Source: a bacterium
GTDB lineage: Bacteria; Patescibacteriota; Minisyncoccia; Phycocordibacterales; CALRBL01
Assembly: GCA_027487075.1 (NCBI GenBank)
Contig: JAIYEG010000010.1
Span: 1-45,269 of the forward strand
Direction of reading: 5' to 3'
Length of the DNA: 45,269 bases
In this document: positions 10,429 through 19,393 of the stretch, piece after piece
How positions within the stretch are numbered: the stretch's first letter is position 1
How the letters are laid out: each line of letters opens with the position of its first letter
Position numbers and translations under genes: made by a program
Notes under the pieces: model-generated
Told to the model about the DNA's origin: nothing
Database searches by the model: none
Seen by the model: the letters and a program-made list of their open reading frames with translations, nothing else

Positions 10429-10809
10429 TTATAACTCAGTATATTTAGTGTATTTCCCTTTTGCCTTATCCTTTGGATATTTTACATTATTGACTTTCAT
10501 CTTTTGTTCAAGTGCATTCTGAATATCAATATCAAGATCATGAGATATGAGAAGAATCCAATAAAATACATCGGCAAGCTCTTCTGAAATTTCTTTTTTA
10601 TTTTTCTTCAAATGAACCTTAATTGCCTCATCATTTTTCCACTGAAAATGCTCCATGAATTCAGTTGCTTCAAGCACAAGAGAAAGTGCCATATCTTTAG
10701 GATTGTGAAATTGTTTCCAATCCCTCTGATCTCTGAATTTGACAATATCTTTAGTTAATTTCTTTATTGGGTTCATTATACGAGATTTTGCCATTTTTCT
10801 ATTATCCAA
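10429..10809 (-). CDS. MazG-like nucleotide pyrophosphohydrolase (start probably MNPIKK)
   Basis: RDWKQFHNPKDMALSLVLEATEFMEHFQW...EELADV...KYP. Confidence 0.9.
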   Translation of the reverse strand: MDNRKMAKSRIMNPIKKLTKDIVKFRDQRDWKQFHNPKDMALSLVLEATEFMEHFQWKNDEAIKVHLKKNKKEISEELADVFYWILLISHDLDIDIQNALEQKMKVNNVKYPKDKAKGKYTKYTEL

Positions 10810-10837
10810 ACAAGTAAATTAAAACTTAATCCGTTTA

Positions 10838-10866
10838 CTTTTAATTTGTCCCTTTCAAATTAAAAG
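10838..10866. repeat. Perfect 11-bp inverted repeat at the edge of the AT-rich MazG/DUF2075 cassette
   Basis: CTTTTAATTTG-tcccttt-CAAATTAAAAG. Confidence 0.6.
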
Positions 10867-11098
10867 CTACACCCTCCCCCCCAACACACCTGCACCTCCT
10901 CTTCGAGGGTGAAATACCACTTCCGTCGAGCTTTGCCTCAAGTAAAGCAAACACCCCCTCGAGAAACTACACCTTATCCTCAGCACTTAACATCTCATAT
11001 ACCCCAGACGTAGTGAGCGGTCCCACCCGTTCTTCTGTGGTCGCACTCACCGTGATGGGAATACGTTCATATTCCAGCGTATATAAACACAAATAGTT

Positions 11099-11260
11099 TC
11101 AACCATCACCCCCCCTCACCTCATCAATCTTCGCCACATCGATATTCTGCATCGTCATCATGGCTTCGGTGAGGGTGCGAGGCGTGATCTGCTATGACAC
11201 CCCCCCCTACTTATCTTTGCACCAGCCACACTCGCTCTCTTGTCCACCATTACCAACGAG
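11099..11260 (-). pseudogene. Degraded C-terminal fragment of a PhnB/3-demethylubiquinone-9 3-methyltransferase-like VOC gene
   Basis: Reads LVGNGGQESECGWCKDK*G(poly-G)VS*QITPRTLTEAMMTMQNIDVAKIDE against the family pattern GGxESxCGWxKDKWGxSWQI. Two W codons have become TAG and the 5' part is missing. Confidence 0.8.
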
Positions 11261-11341
11261 GGTATATCCATTCTCCATAATAACAACCGAATTGACACAC
11301 CCTCTTATCATCCGTATTGTACTACAAACCTTGTACACCCA

Positions 11342-11755
11342 ATGAATACATGTATACCGTCAGTTTTCTCTAAAGCTCTTCGCCTACAAAGGGTCGAGCA
11401 CGTGAATGACGAGCAGGTACGCCGCGTTGCTCGCCGTCTTACCGATATCACTTCACTTAACTATCGTCTCACCCTTAAGACACTGTGCGAGCTTGTAGGT
11501 CGACCCACTCCTGAAGTCATCTTTGCCTCTGACTTTGCTCGACAGATTCAGGATGCGTGCCGAAAGAAAGGCTGGCGTGTGCCTCGTGCGCGCTACAGTC
11601 CGACTCGTGCTGGATGCTACCTCATGAAGATCGATGGCGATCTCGCGGTCATCTTCAACGATCGATGCGACTGGCGTGACCGCACATTCTCGACGCCTCA
11701 AAGCCTCATCGCCTATGTGGCGCGGAAGCGGAAGCAATCGAAAAAGAAACGGTGA
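11342..11755 (+). CDS. Hypothetical basic protein
   Basis: ORF from the ATG at 11342, followed by a strong terminator; no family recognised. Confidence 0.6.
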   Translation: MNTCIPSVFSKALRLQRVEHVNDEQVRRVARRLTDITSLNYRLTLKTLCELVGRPTPEVIFASDFARQIQDACRKKGWRVPRARYSPTRAGCYLMKIDGDLAVIFNDRCDWRDRTFSTPQSLIAYVARKRKQSKKKR

Positions 11756-11773
11756 GCAACCCTCGCCACACCG

Positions 11774-11808
11774 ACACCTCCGCGCACCACATGCGCGGAG
11801 GTGTTTTT
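11774..11808 (+). terminator. Intrinsic terminator
   Basis: ACACCTCCGCGCA-ccaca-TGCGCGGAGGTGT followed by a T-tract. Confidence 0.8.
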
Positions 11809-11844
11809 ATTTTGATTCTATGGTGATCATAGTGATATGGTAGT

Positions 11845-13548
11845 CTAATAAAACTTATTCTTTTCCAATCCCAAAAACTTTCTCATATCCTGAACTGAGG
11901 GATGATCTGCATTCGTATCCCATAGACTTTGTTCATATGACCCTTCTTCAACTTCGTAGGTCTCATTAAAAATTACATCACCCTTGCTGACAAATTCATC
12001 ATACTTCACAGCAGGAAAATACGTAGCAAAAAGTCCTTTAAAGTCAGTGTCACTTTGGGCGACATATACCGCAATTAATTCATCTTCGGGTATTTTCTCA
12101 AGTAACGCCTGCACAATCTGTACTTCTTTAAAATACCCTGAAGTATGTGCTATCTGATAGTCACTTAATCCAAAACTCTTGAGTGCGAGGTAATCAGTGA
12201 TACCTTCATCAACAAATTCGGGTATATCTGCCATGTTTCGAGAATAATGGTGGAAGAGCTCATGGAGAAGCGTACTAAGGTATACATAGGAATCCTGACC
12301 CTCCACAACTCTCATATAAATATTTTTTGTTTTAGGAAAATACATTCCATTACTTAACTCGTATTTTTGTTGTTCCAGAAGATCAATCGTACCATCATTA
12401 ATTTTTTTCTTATCCTGCTCTAATTCAGCTAATTGACCTGCGAGTATTTTTCTATTTTCTTCACAAATTACACGCCCTTCCTGAGTAATAACTTTGTTTT
12501 CATTGATGCCGCGTTTTAACTGCTCGCAGTCAGAATAACGTGTATTCACCTCACAATTCTCACGATATTCTTTTTCTTGCTCCGCAATCAGCGATGCATT
12601 TTCTCTTTCTGTATCAGTACATTCTTTAACGATATGAGTATTTTCTTGGATGATACTCTCAAACTCTTTCAACTCCAGCTCGTGTATCTCATTTACTTTT
12701 TCAGATACACGTTGTACATATTGTTCATCATCAAGGTAGGTAACCTGTGGCACTTCATAGGAAGTAACCACACGTGAAATAAAAGGATACTGACTATGCC
12801 GAAGCTGGTTGTATGCGAGCTGAATAATAATGTCATCAGTGTTACCTTTAACAAAATGTGTGTACACCACACTCTCAGTTTGAGGAACATAATAATTTTT
12901 TGACTCTGTTGTCCCACCACTTATTTTTGCTAATAGAGGAAGAATCACCCCGCTATACAAGGTATGTGTTTCTTGTTTTTTAAGATCACGTTGCGCAAGT
13001 ACCACTCCCGAAGCTCCTTTCGCATCATACACCTCAACTCTTGTTTGACTTGCCATAATGCGCTTAATAATTTCGACATCATCAGTAACTACGCCTTCAA
13101 GAGCAGTCTTTGTATGTTTCGTAAGATCTATGTAGCCATAGACAGCAGCCACTCCTGTTGCTATTGCGGTAATACCCAACATGCTAGCAATAAACACCAC
13201 CACACTGATCACCTGAGCATACACAAGACGAATGAATGCTTTGCCGAATCCACTTTGCTCTTGTTGTTTCAACCTGAATACACGTCGCACTAATATATAT
13301 TCGGTAAGAAATATATACACCACTGAACACAAGAAAACTATAACCACAAAATTTTCAGACGCCTCAAGTGCGTAGAACAGCACTTGATAGGTATCAAAAA
13401 AGGGATCATTCATTGTTACCGAAAACGTAGAGCTCAGATATGCAACATCCTTAATAGTAAACACTCCGACCACAGCTACAAGACAAGAAACCACGGTAAG
13501 CAGCACGTACCACAACGTTATATTATTTTTAAAGTTAACGTGATTCAT
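11845..13548 (-). CDS. Membrane-anchored coiled-coil protein with a gluzincin-like HExxH...E metallopeptidase domain
   Basis: Three N-terminal TM segments, a Cys-containing coiled coil, and LLHELFHH...FVDEGITDYL. Confidence 0.65.
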   Translation of the reverse strand: MNHVNFKNNITLWYVLLTVVSCLVAVVGVFTIKDVAYLSSTFSVTMNDPFFDTYQVLFYALEASENFVVIVFLCSVVYIFLTEYILVRRVFRLKQQEQSGFGKAFIRLVYAQVISVVVFIASMLGITAIATGVAAVYGYIDLTKHTKTALEGVVTDDVEIIKRIMASQTRVEVYDAKGASGVVLAQRDLKKQETHTLYSGVILPLLAKISGGTTESKNYYVPQTESVVYTHFVKGNTDDIIIQLAYNQLRHSQYPFISRVVTSYEVPQVTYLDDEQYVQRVSEKVNEIHELELKEFESIIQENTHIVKECTDTERENASLIAEQEKEYRENCEVNTRYSDCEQLKRGINENKVITQEGRVICEENRKILAGQLAELEQDKKKINDGTIDLLEQQKYELSNGMYFPKTKNIYMRVVEGQDSYVYLSTLLHELFHHYSRNMADIPEFVDEGITDYLALKSFGLSDYQIAHTSGYFKEVQIVQALLEKIPEDELIAVYVAQSDTDFKGLFATYFPAVKYDEFVSKGDVIFNETYEVEEGSYEQSLWDTNADHPSVQDMRKFLGLEKNKFY

Positions 13549-13607
13549 CTTGATGAATGTATGAAGTATACTCTACGATGCACCTATGCACATAGCAATC
13601 ATCACCG

Positions 13608-13629
13608 CGTAATCTAATCAATACCTTCG
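13608..13629. repeat. Orphan copy of the IS terminal inverted repeat
   Basis: CGTAATCTAATCAATACCTTCG is the 22/22 reverse complement of 96-117; no transposase follows. Confidence 0.75.
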
Positions 13630-13638
13630 ACGCATTCT

Positions 13639-13667
13639 TTGACATTACTACCATTTTATTCTACTTT
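13639..13667 (+). promoter_or_regulatory. Sigma70-type promoter for the SAM synthetase
   Basis: TTGACA-17 nt-TACTTT. Confidence 0.6.
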
Positions 13668-13706
13668 GCATGGAGACTGAACTATCCGTACCTTTTAACA
13701 ATCAAT

Positions 13707-14966
13707 ATGAACAGAGACAACCTCCACATATTCACGTCCAGCATACCGCGCATCGACGACACTACGTTTGAAATCGTCGAACGCAAGGGAGCGGGACACC
13801 CCGACACCCTTTGCGATGTTATTGCAGAAAAAGTGTCTAACGCGTACTCACAATTCTGCATCACGAAGTACGGCACTGTCCTCAGGCACATGGTCGACAA
13901 GATCGCATTGTCTGGAGGCGCTGCCGAGGTCAGATTCGGTGGTGGTGAAATGAAAAAGCCAATCAGGCTCTATCTCAATTGCCGCTTCACCCGGACCTGG
14001 CAAAAAGAAACTATTCCCTACCTCGACATCGTGAGAGATGTCGTGCACAGCCATTTCGCAGAAGTCATGCCTCTTCTGGATATCGAGAAGTGGCTCACCA
14101 TCGTCGATAATACCCACTTCACGCCTGGCCCTGGCGTCGTATATGAGGCAGATGGCTCAACATTGAACGAACGTCAATTCTTCTTTGAGGTTCCTGAAAA
14201 GAAGCTGGCTGTCTTCCATGACAATTACCTTCGCTCGAATGACACATCGACAGCGGTTGCCTACAGCCCGCTCAGCACCACCGAGAATATCGTCCTACTC
14301 ATCGAAACCACGCTCAATGGGGAACCGTTCAAAAAACACCATCCATATGTAGGCTCTGATATCAAAGTGATGGCTAAGCGCACTAACAAGCGGCTGGACA
14401 TCACCGTCTGCATTCCGTTCGTAGCGTCCCACACCCCGAGCAAGGAATTCTACCTCGAACGACTAGAGGCCCTTGAGGACATCATCAATAAATTGGTGGC
14501 GTCCCACTTCAGACAGTTCGCTATCAGCGTCTCGCTGAATACGAGGGATAACCCAGCAAAGTCCGATTACTACCTCACGTTGACGGGAAGCGCGATTGAA
14601 AGCGGCGACGAAGGTGTCGTGGGTCGTGGCAACCGTTATAACGGAGTCATCCCATTCACACGACATATGAGCATGGAGGCTTGCTGTGGCAAGAACCCTG
14701 TCTACCACGTTGGCAAGCTCTACACAGCCATCGGGTCACTCATATCCGAAGAGATCCATCAACTGCTCGGACTTCAAACGTATGTATACCTGACATCACA
14801 GATGGGCAGAGGCCTGTCGGATCCATGGTCTGCATGCGTCGAAGTGTGTGGCGAAGAAGCATCACCTTCGCAACGCCAAATGATTGAGGCGATTGTAGAA
14901 CGTCACCTCGCGAATGCTAGCGACACCACCCAGAAAATCATAAAGGGTGAACTGAAGCTGTACTGA
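13707..14966 (+). CDS. mat: S-adenosylmethionine synthetase, archaeal-type (MAT)
   Basis: EIVERKGAGHPDTLCD, SNDTS, GSDIKVM, YLTLTGSAIESGDEGVVGRGNR, SMEACCGKNPVYHVGKLY: the archaeal-type MAT family rather than MetK. Confidence 0.92.
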   Translation: MNRDNLHIFTSSIPRIDDTTFEIVERKGAGHPDTLCDVIAEKVSNAYSQFCITKYGTVLRHMVDKIALSGGAAEVRFGGGEMKKPIRLYLNCRFTRTWQKETIPYLDIVRDVVHSHFAEVMPLLDIEKWLTIVDNTHFTPGPGVVYEADGSTLNERQFFFEVPEKKLAVFHDNYLRSNDTSTAVAYSPLSTTENIVLLIETTLNGEPFKKHHPYVGSDIKVMAKRTNKRLDITVCIPFVASHTPSKEFYLERLEALEDIINKLVASHFRQFAISVSLNTRDNPAKSDYYLTLTGSAIESGDEGVVGRGNRYNGVIPFTRHMSMEACCGKNPVYHVGKLYTAIGSLISEEIHQLLGLQTYVYLTSQMGRGLSDPWSACVEVCGEEASPSQRQMIEAIVERHLANASDTTQKIIKGELKLY

Positions 14967-14977
14967 AATGGCTTCCC

Positions 14978-15008
14978 GTACCCACGTCGAGAGACGTGGG
15001 TACTTTTT
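14978..15008. terminator. Terminator between convergent genes
   Basis: GTACCCACGTC-gaga-GACGTGGGTAC followed by a T-tract. Confidence 0.8.
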
Positions 15009-15010
15009 AT

Positions 15011-15706
15011 TTACAATTCAAACGATTCACCCGGATTGACCTCGTTTTGAGTACCATCAGCAAAATAAAGAATGCAGTGCAAAGCGCCGACACATCGAGC
15101 ACTACCCTGTTCAATGATCAGCCCTGTCTCTTCTGGCAAACAGATGATCGGCTTACCGGCATCAATTGCCCACTTCTTAAACCTATCACTCTGCTTATCA
15201 TGGAAATGACAAGCCACCGAATATCCCTTGAGCTGATCAAATCCCGACACATCCGCTAAGCTAACTTTATTTTCGTCGTCATGAGTATCGACTCTACTTC
15301 CTAAAATGATGGCGCCTGCGCTTCCTCCATACACATCACCGCCACTCTTAATGAATTCAATCAGGATATGAGCGAATCCTGAATCACGAAATTCTTTGAT
15401 AAGGCTCCACGTATTACCTCCGCCAATATAGATTCCATCAAATTTCTTTAGGGAGGCGAGATCATACACAGACAGATCATCCGCGGTCTCCCATTGCACA
15501 TCCATCCTCCCATGCAGCCCAACAAGGCTTTTCATCCACTCACTTGCTGTTGGGTACAGCTTGTGTCCACGAAGCGCTATGGGAATATATAAGAATCTGC
15601 CATTTTCAGGCAATGTATCAAAAAAAAATTTGTCGAGGGGGAATGATTGCTTCTCATTACCACCCCCCGACAAATATATACGGCTGATTTCCTTTAGGTT
15701 TTGCAT
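15011..15706 (-). CDS. Peptidase S51 (peptidase E/cyanophycinase-like, class I GATase fold)
   Basis: YIPIA, IYIGGGNT, YGGSAGA (catalytic Ser) and ACHF. Confidence 0.85.
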   Translation of the reverse strand: MQNLKEISRIYLSGGGNEKQSFPLDKFFFDTLPENGRFLYIPIALRGHKLYPTASEWMKSLVGLHGRMDVQWETADDLSVYDLASLKKFDGIYIGGGNTWSLIKEFRDSGFAHILIEFIKSGGDVYGGSAGAIILGSRVDTHDDENKVSLADVSGFDQLKGYSVACHFHDKQSDRFKKWAIDAGKPIICLPEETGLIIEQGSARCVGALHCILYFADGTQNEVNPGESFEL

Positions 15707-16878
15707 GTTTTTATCGCTTGGCGCAAATCGTAAATACTCGCATTACAAGTATACACCATGCGCTCAAGATATGCTTCCGTTGTCTCTTCGCGAGGCGGCG
15801 GGAGCTTGAGCATCTCGCACACCTTCAAGTTGACGTACCTCTCAACCTCCAGGCGCACTCGAACAAGAGCATCTTCTCTTCCGATGGCTGGAACCACGAA
15901 TTGTGCCCAGTATCCGAAATAATGTGAAAGATAGCCGTACAGATCTTCACAAGAATACTTTTCGCTTAGCATCTTCGCGAATCTCCTGAACTGGAGTCCT
16001 GCGCCTTTGTTGGCAGGCCTAACGCCGCAAAGCGCTAGAAGCGCTAAGGTCCGGCAGGCATCGAACATCTCTGTCGTGCCAGCACCTGTCATCGGCATCA
16101 GGGTATCAAAATACGAATCCGTCTTGTTGACAGCCCACGTCATTCTTTCAAGGCCGAAACCAATGTCACTGATTTTTAGGTGCGGCCGATGCTGCTGCGG
16201 AATCTGAAGATACGCAGCATCACCGAGCTCGAGCCCTTCATAGATGAAGAAGAGCTCGAAGGCTTCGAATTCGCCAGTGCCCCAATCCTTTTTTGACAGC
16301 CTTGCAACGATAGTGAAATCGTTCATATGGAGACCCACTCTTGAAAGAGCCCCGCACCACTGATCTACAGCCAGCAAGTGGCTACCAAAGTCTGCACCCA
16401 TACTTTCAGTACAGACATTCACGAACGAAGTCGACGTTCCGTCCTGAGTTGCGACGGATGTTTGGAACTGCATGCGTACGCATGGCTGCGCAATGTAAAA
16501 AGCACCTTCTCGGATCGGCTGAGCGCGATGTATGATGTCATCAAATGACTGTACACCTGCGATAACCAAATCCGTCAGGCCTTGAGTGTTCACGATATTC
16601 AGCGGCTGGCGAATCTTCAGATTTTGAGACGAGAAGTGCACCTCTATCTTTTGAGCTACCTGCGATGGCTTCAGCAAGCTCTTGCGCTTGCCAAGTCCCT
16701 TAAAAGACTTGGCATTCTTGCAGCATGATCTCCAATTACAAACCACATTCAATCCATGAAGCTGCTTTTTGGAAAAGAAGTTTCTTCCGCACGCATTGCA
16801 GACATAGCAATTCCAGCCACAACCTTTCATGAAATTAATCGTTTCTGCGATGAAATCTAGCACGTTACTGTTTGACAT
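15694..16878 (-). CDS. Alanyl-tRNA synthetase catalytic-domain paralog (N-terminal Zn-ribbon, no editing/C-Ala domains)
   Basis: CNACGRNFFS...C...C Zn-ribbon, AQPCVRM (motif 2), STSFVN, GLELGD and SDIGFGLER (motif 3); only about 395 aa. Confidence 0.75.
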   Translation of the reverse strand: MSNSNVLDFIAETINFMKGCGWNCYVCNACGRNFFSKKQLHGLNVVCNWRSCCKNAKSFKGLGKRKSLLKPSQVAQKIEVHFSSQNLKIRQPLNIVNTQGLTDLVIAGVQSFDDIIHRAQPIREGAFYIAQPCVRMQFQTSVATQDGTSTSFVNVCTESMGADFGSHLLAVDQWCGALSRVGLHMNDFTIVARLSKKDWGTGEFEAFELFFIYEGLELGDAAYLQIPQQHRPHLKISDIGFGLERMTWAVNKTDSYFDTLMPMTGAGTTEMFDACRTLALLALCGVRPANKGAGLQFRRFAKMLSEKYSCEDLYGYLSHYFGYWAQFVVPAIGREDALVRVRLEVERYVNLKVCEMLKLPPPREETTEAYLERMVYTCNASIYDLRQAIKTCKT

Positions 16879-17038
16879 ATTTTGCTTTCTAAAAGTTCGA
16901 CTATGCACATCAAAGCTGTGCGGTAGCTTGCTGAATACATCAGCTCTGTCGCTACACTATACGAAACAACCCATCAAATCAAACGACCATGTGACACCTC
17001 GCATGCTCGGGGTTTTCTTCTTACTCGCTTGTTTGCAC

Positions 17039-17482
17039 TTATCTCTCTGCCACCTCCTTCAGTTTTGCCAATGCTTTCGGCCACATCTCAGCGAACATAT
17101 CTTTCCATTCTGAGGCGACCATCAATTCGACAAGAACCTCTGTGCCACCATCGACATCCTTGAACATATAGTTTTCATACCCTTCCTGTCCTTCTACGGT
17201 CGGCCATGGGCGCTTCTCGCCATTCTTGATTTCTCCAATATGCCTGATTGAGACGAATTCTTGAGGACGATGTGCAGTGATCTTGGCATACATGCCGGAT
17301 ACGCTCGCGTCATCGCTTGGTCCAGTGAATATGATGTCGCTTCCTTCGTCCCAGCTTCCTTCGAAAGTCGAGCCTTTCTGGAAGATCTCGGCCCACTGTT
17401 CATACGTGTCTTTCTCGAGCATCGTCTTCCATACTTTTTCCCGCGGTGCATTGATAATCGTGGTGAAGGTAAGTTTTTCCAT
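17039..17482 (-). CDS. SRPBCC/AHSA1 (START-like) domain protein
   Basis: INAPREKVWKTML..Y..W, GSW..GS..F and WPKALAKLKE. Confidence 0.88.
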   Translation of the reverse strand: MEKLTFTTIINAPREKVWKTMLEKDTYEQWAEIFQKGSTFEGSWDEGSDIIFTGPSDDASVSGMYAKITAHRPQEFVSIRHIGEIKNGEKRPWPTVEGQEGYENYMFKDVDGGTEVLVELMVASEWKDMFAEMWPKALAKLKEVAER

Positions 17483-17500
17483 ATAAGTAGTATACAGATA

Positions 17501-17860
17501 TTATATGCTTTTTTCCTCCTTCACTCGGAGCTTGATTATTTTGGTGATGAGCGGGACGGGTAACGGCTTATCATAAGGAAATCGGATGCATCCCTTAGAA
17601 AAACTCAATCCCTTCTTGTTGAGCTCATCCTCAAAAGGAGTAATGCCTGATGGTGAAGGATAAAACCCGACATGACCTTTCATTGCGGCAAAGTGTATGA
17701 CATTCTTCCCATTGAGCTGGATTGTGAGCATCCCGTAGTTGATCGCTTCTTCGCCTTTAGGAATAAGCTTTTTCGCTAGAGCTCGAAACTCTTTGATTTT
17801 TGGCACAAACTCTTTTGGAAGATTGTCGAGATAGTGATCGATGGAAGTGAATGTTTTCAT
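17501..17860 (-). CDS. DUF1801/YdhG-like protein
   Basis: IDHYL, EAINYGM, HFAAMKGHVGFYP and SKGCIRFPYDKPLP..LI. Confidence 0.85.
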   Translation of the reverse strand: MKTFTSIDHYLDNLPKEFVPKIKEFRALAKKLIPKGEEAINYGMLTIQLNGKNVIHFAAMKGHVGFYPSPSGITPFEDELNKKGLSFSKGCIRFPYDKPLPVPLITKIIKLRVKEEKSI

Positions 17861-17935
17861 GCTTGAAAGTTTTTTGAAATATTAAATGTTAGGATACTTT
17901 TACTTCTTTGCGGCTTTTGACTTTCACGAATGTAA

Positions 17936-19378
17936 TTACCCAATTATTTTTACTACTCCTTTATCTGCATCAACTTCAACCAAATCTCCGTCTTTGAGAA
18001 CTTTCGTAGCGACCTTGCTTCCTACAATGGCAACTTTCTTTAACTCTCTTGCTACGATTGCCGTGTGAGTCAAAAGACCTCCTTCATCCGTGATGATTGC
18101 AGAAGCCTTACCGATAAGTGGAATAAAAGTGAGGTTTGTCGTTGTTGCAACGAGTATATCTCCGTCCTTAAAATCATCCGCCTGCTTAGTAACATCAAAG
18201 ATAATCTTTACACTACCTCTCACGTTACCCTTGAAAGCAGATATACCCTTAAATTCTTTGACGCTAGTGTCGATGTTTTCTTTAGGCCAAAGTTCCACAA
18301 CTTTATGTTCATCAAATTCATACCAAACCTTATTCTCTCTATAATTAGAGATTATGGCAGAACAAGCTTTTCTTTTTGAAAGTAAGATCTTATCAATCAC
18401 CATCTTGTCGCCATCAAGAACTGAGGCAACTTCTTCTCGTGTAGCACATATAAGTTCTGATATTGATACATCAGCACGCTTTGCAATTTCTAAATACAAG
18501 TGCCTTGCATAGAAGTAACTTTCTTGTCGAAGGTCGTTACGGTATTCTCTATAAAAAGAAACTTTTTTACATGCATCAATCAGTCTCAATATATCAGGAT
18601 AACCAGAAAGCTTTTCCTTTACTTCTTTATAAAGAGCTTCAATATTCTTCTCGTCAATCTCAGACTGATGTAATACTTCTGCAGGATTTCCCCTAATCAG
18701 TTGATCTACTTCTTTTTTGAAATAACTAACAGTAAGAGGCTCTTCATCCATGTTCAAAATAGAAAAATATGAATACGTATCAGCAGCAGCTTTCAGATCT
18801 TCATCCACAGGTAGTCCCTCTTTAGATTTTTTTGCAATTTTCAAAAGCTCGTGCTTCAACGTGTACGCTGCGGTTTTTGCTGTTGGAGCGATCATTGCGG
18901 GTAACAATCGACTGTGATCTTCTTCATTGAGGTTAACTTCTTTCAATCTCTTTTTGAGCTCTGTTGTTAATCCGTCATCAAGAAGGAAAACCATCCATAC
19001 ATAGTTCATCCATTCATCTTCTTTTTTAGTAAATTCTGCCCAAAGATTATGTAATTCTTTTAAAGAAAGATCTGCTAAGTTAGTACTAGCAATCGTCTTT
19101 GAAAATAACAGAAAAGATTCAAATATAGGTACCGCACTCTTTTCAAAATATTCTTCAAAGCCCACTTTATATATTTCAGCGATGACGTGCTTATAACAAG
19201 CTTCAAGCATTTCTTGATCTACATACCCAGACCCAAATCCATCTTTGTATCCAATAAACTGATTAGGAAATTTAACTCCAAATAGCTCCTCAAACTGAAG
19301 TGGTCCAAAAGACCAGTTTTCGCCAAGACGGAGGGAGTGCTTTTTTGACCATACTTTCTTTAAGGTGTGGGTGTTCAT
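17936..19378 (-). CDS. PEP-utilising enzyme mobile (phospho-His swivel) domain protein with a large helical N-terminal domain
   Basis: C-terminal GDILV...AIITDEGGLLTHTAIVARE...GDLVEVDADKG; no ATP-grasp domain. Confidence 0.85.
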   Translation of the reverse strand: MNTHTLKKVWSKKHSLRLGENWSFGPLQFEELFGVKFPNQFIGYKDGFGSGYVDQEMLEACYKHVIAEIYKVGFEEYFEKSAVPIFESFLLFSKTIASTNLADLSLKELHNLWAEFTKKEDEWMNYVWMVFLLDDGLTTELKKRLKEVNLNEEDHSRLLPAMIAPTAKTAAYTLKHELLKIAKKSKEGLPVDEDLKAAADTYSYFSILNMDEEPLTVSYFKKEVDQLIRGNPAEVLHQSEIDEKNIEALYKEVKEKLSGYPDILRLIDACKKVSFYREYRNDLRQESYFYARHLYLEIAKRADVSISELICATREEVASVLDGDKMVIDKILLSKRKACSAIISNYRENKVWYEFDEHKVVELWPKENIDTSVKEFKGISAFKGNVRGSVKIIFDVTKQADDFKDGDILVATTTNLTFIPLIGKASAIITDEGGLLTHTAIVARELKKVAIVGSKVATKVLKDGDLVEVDADKGVVKIIG

Positions 19379-19393
19379 AAGAGTGTTTCTATA

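Noticed and set aside
11170-11215. TAG-to-Trp stop-codon reassignment
   Set aside because: The same fragment is truncated and otherwise decayed, and TAG ends intact genes elsewhere in the window.
13668-13706. SAM riboswitch upstream of the SAM synthetase
   Set aside because: The predicted leader is only about 35 nt and has no recognisable aptamer.
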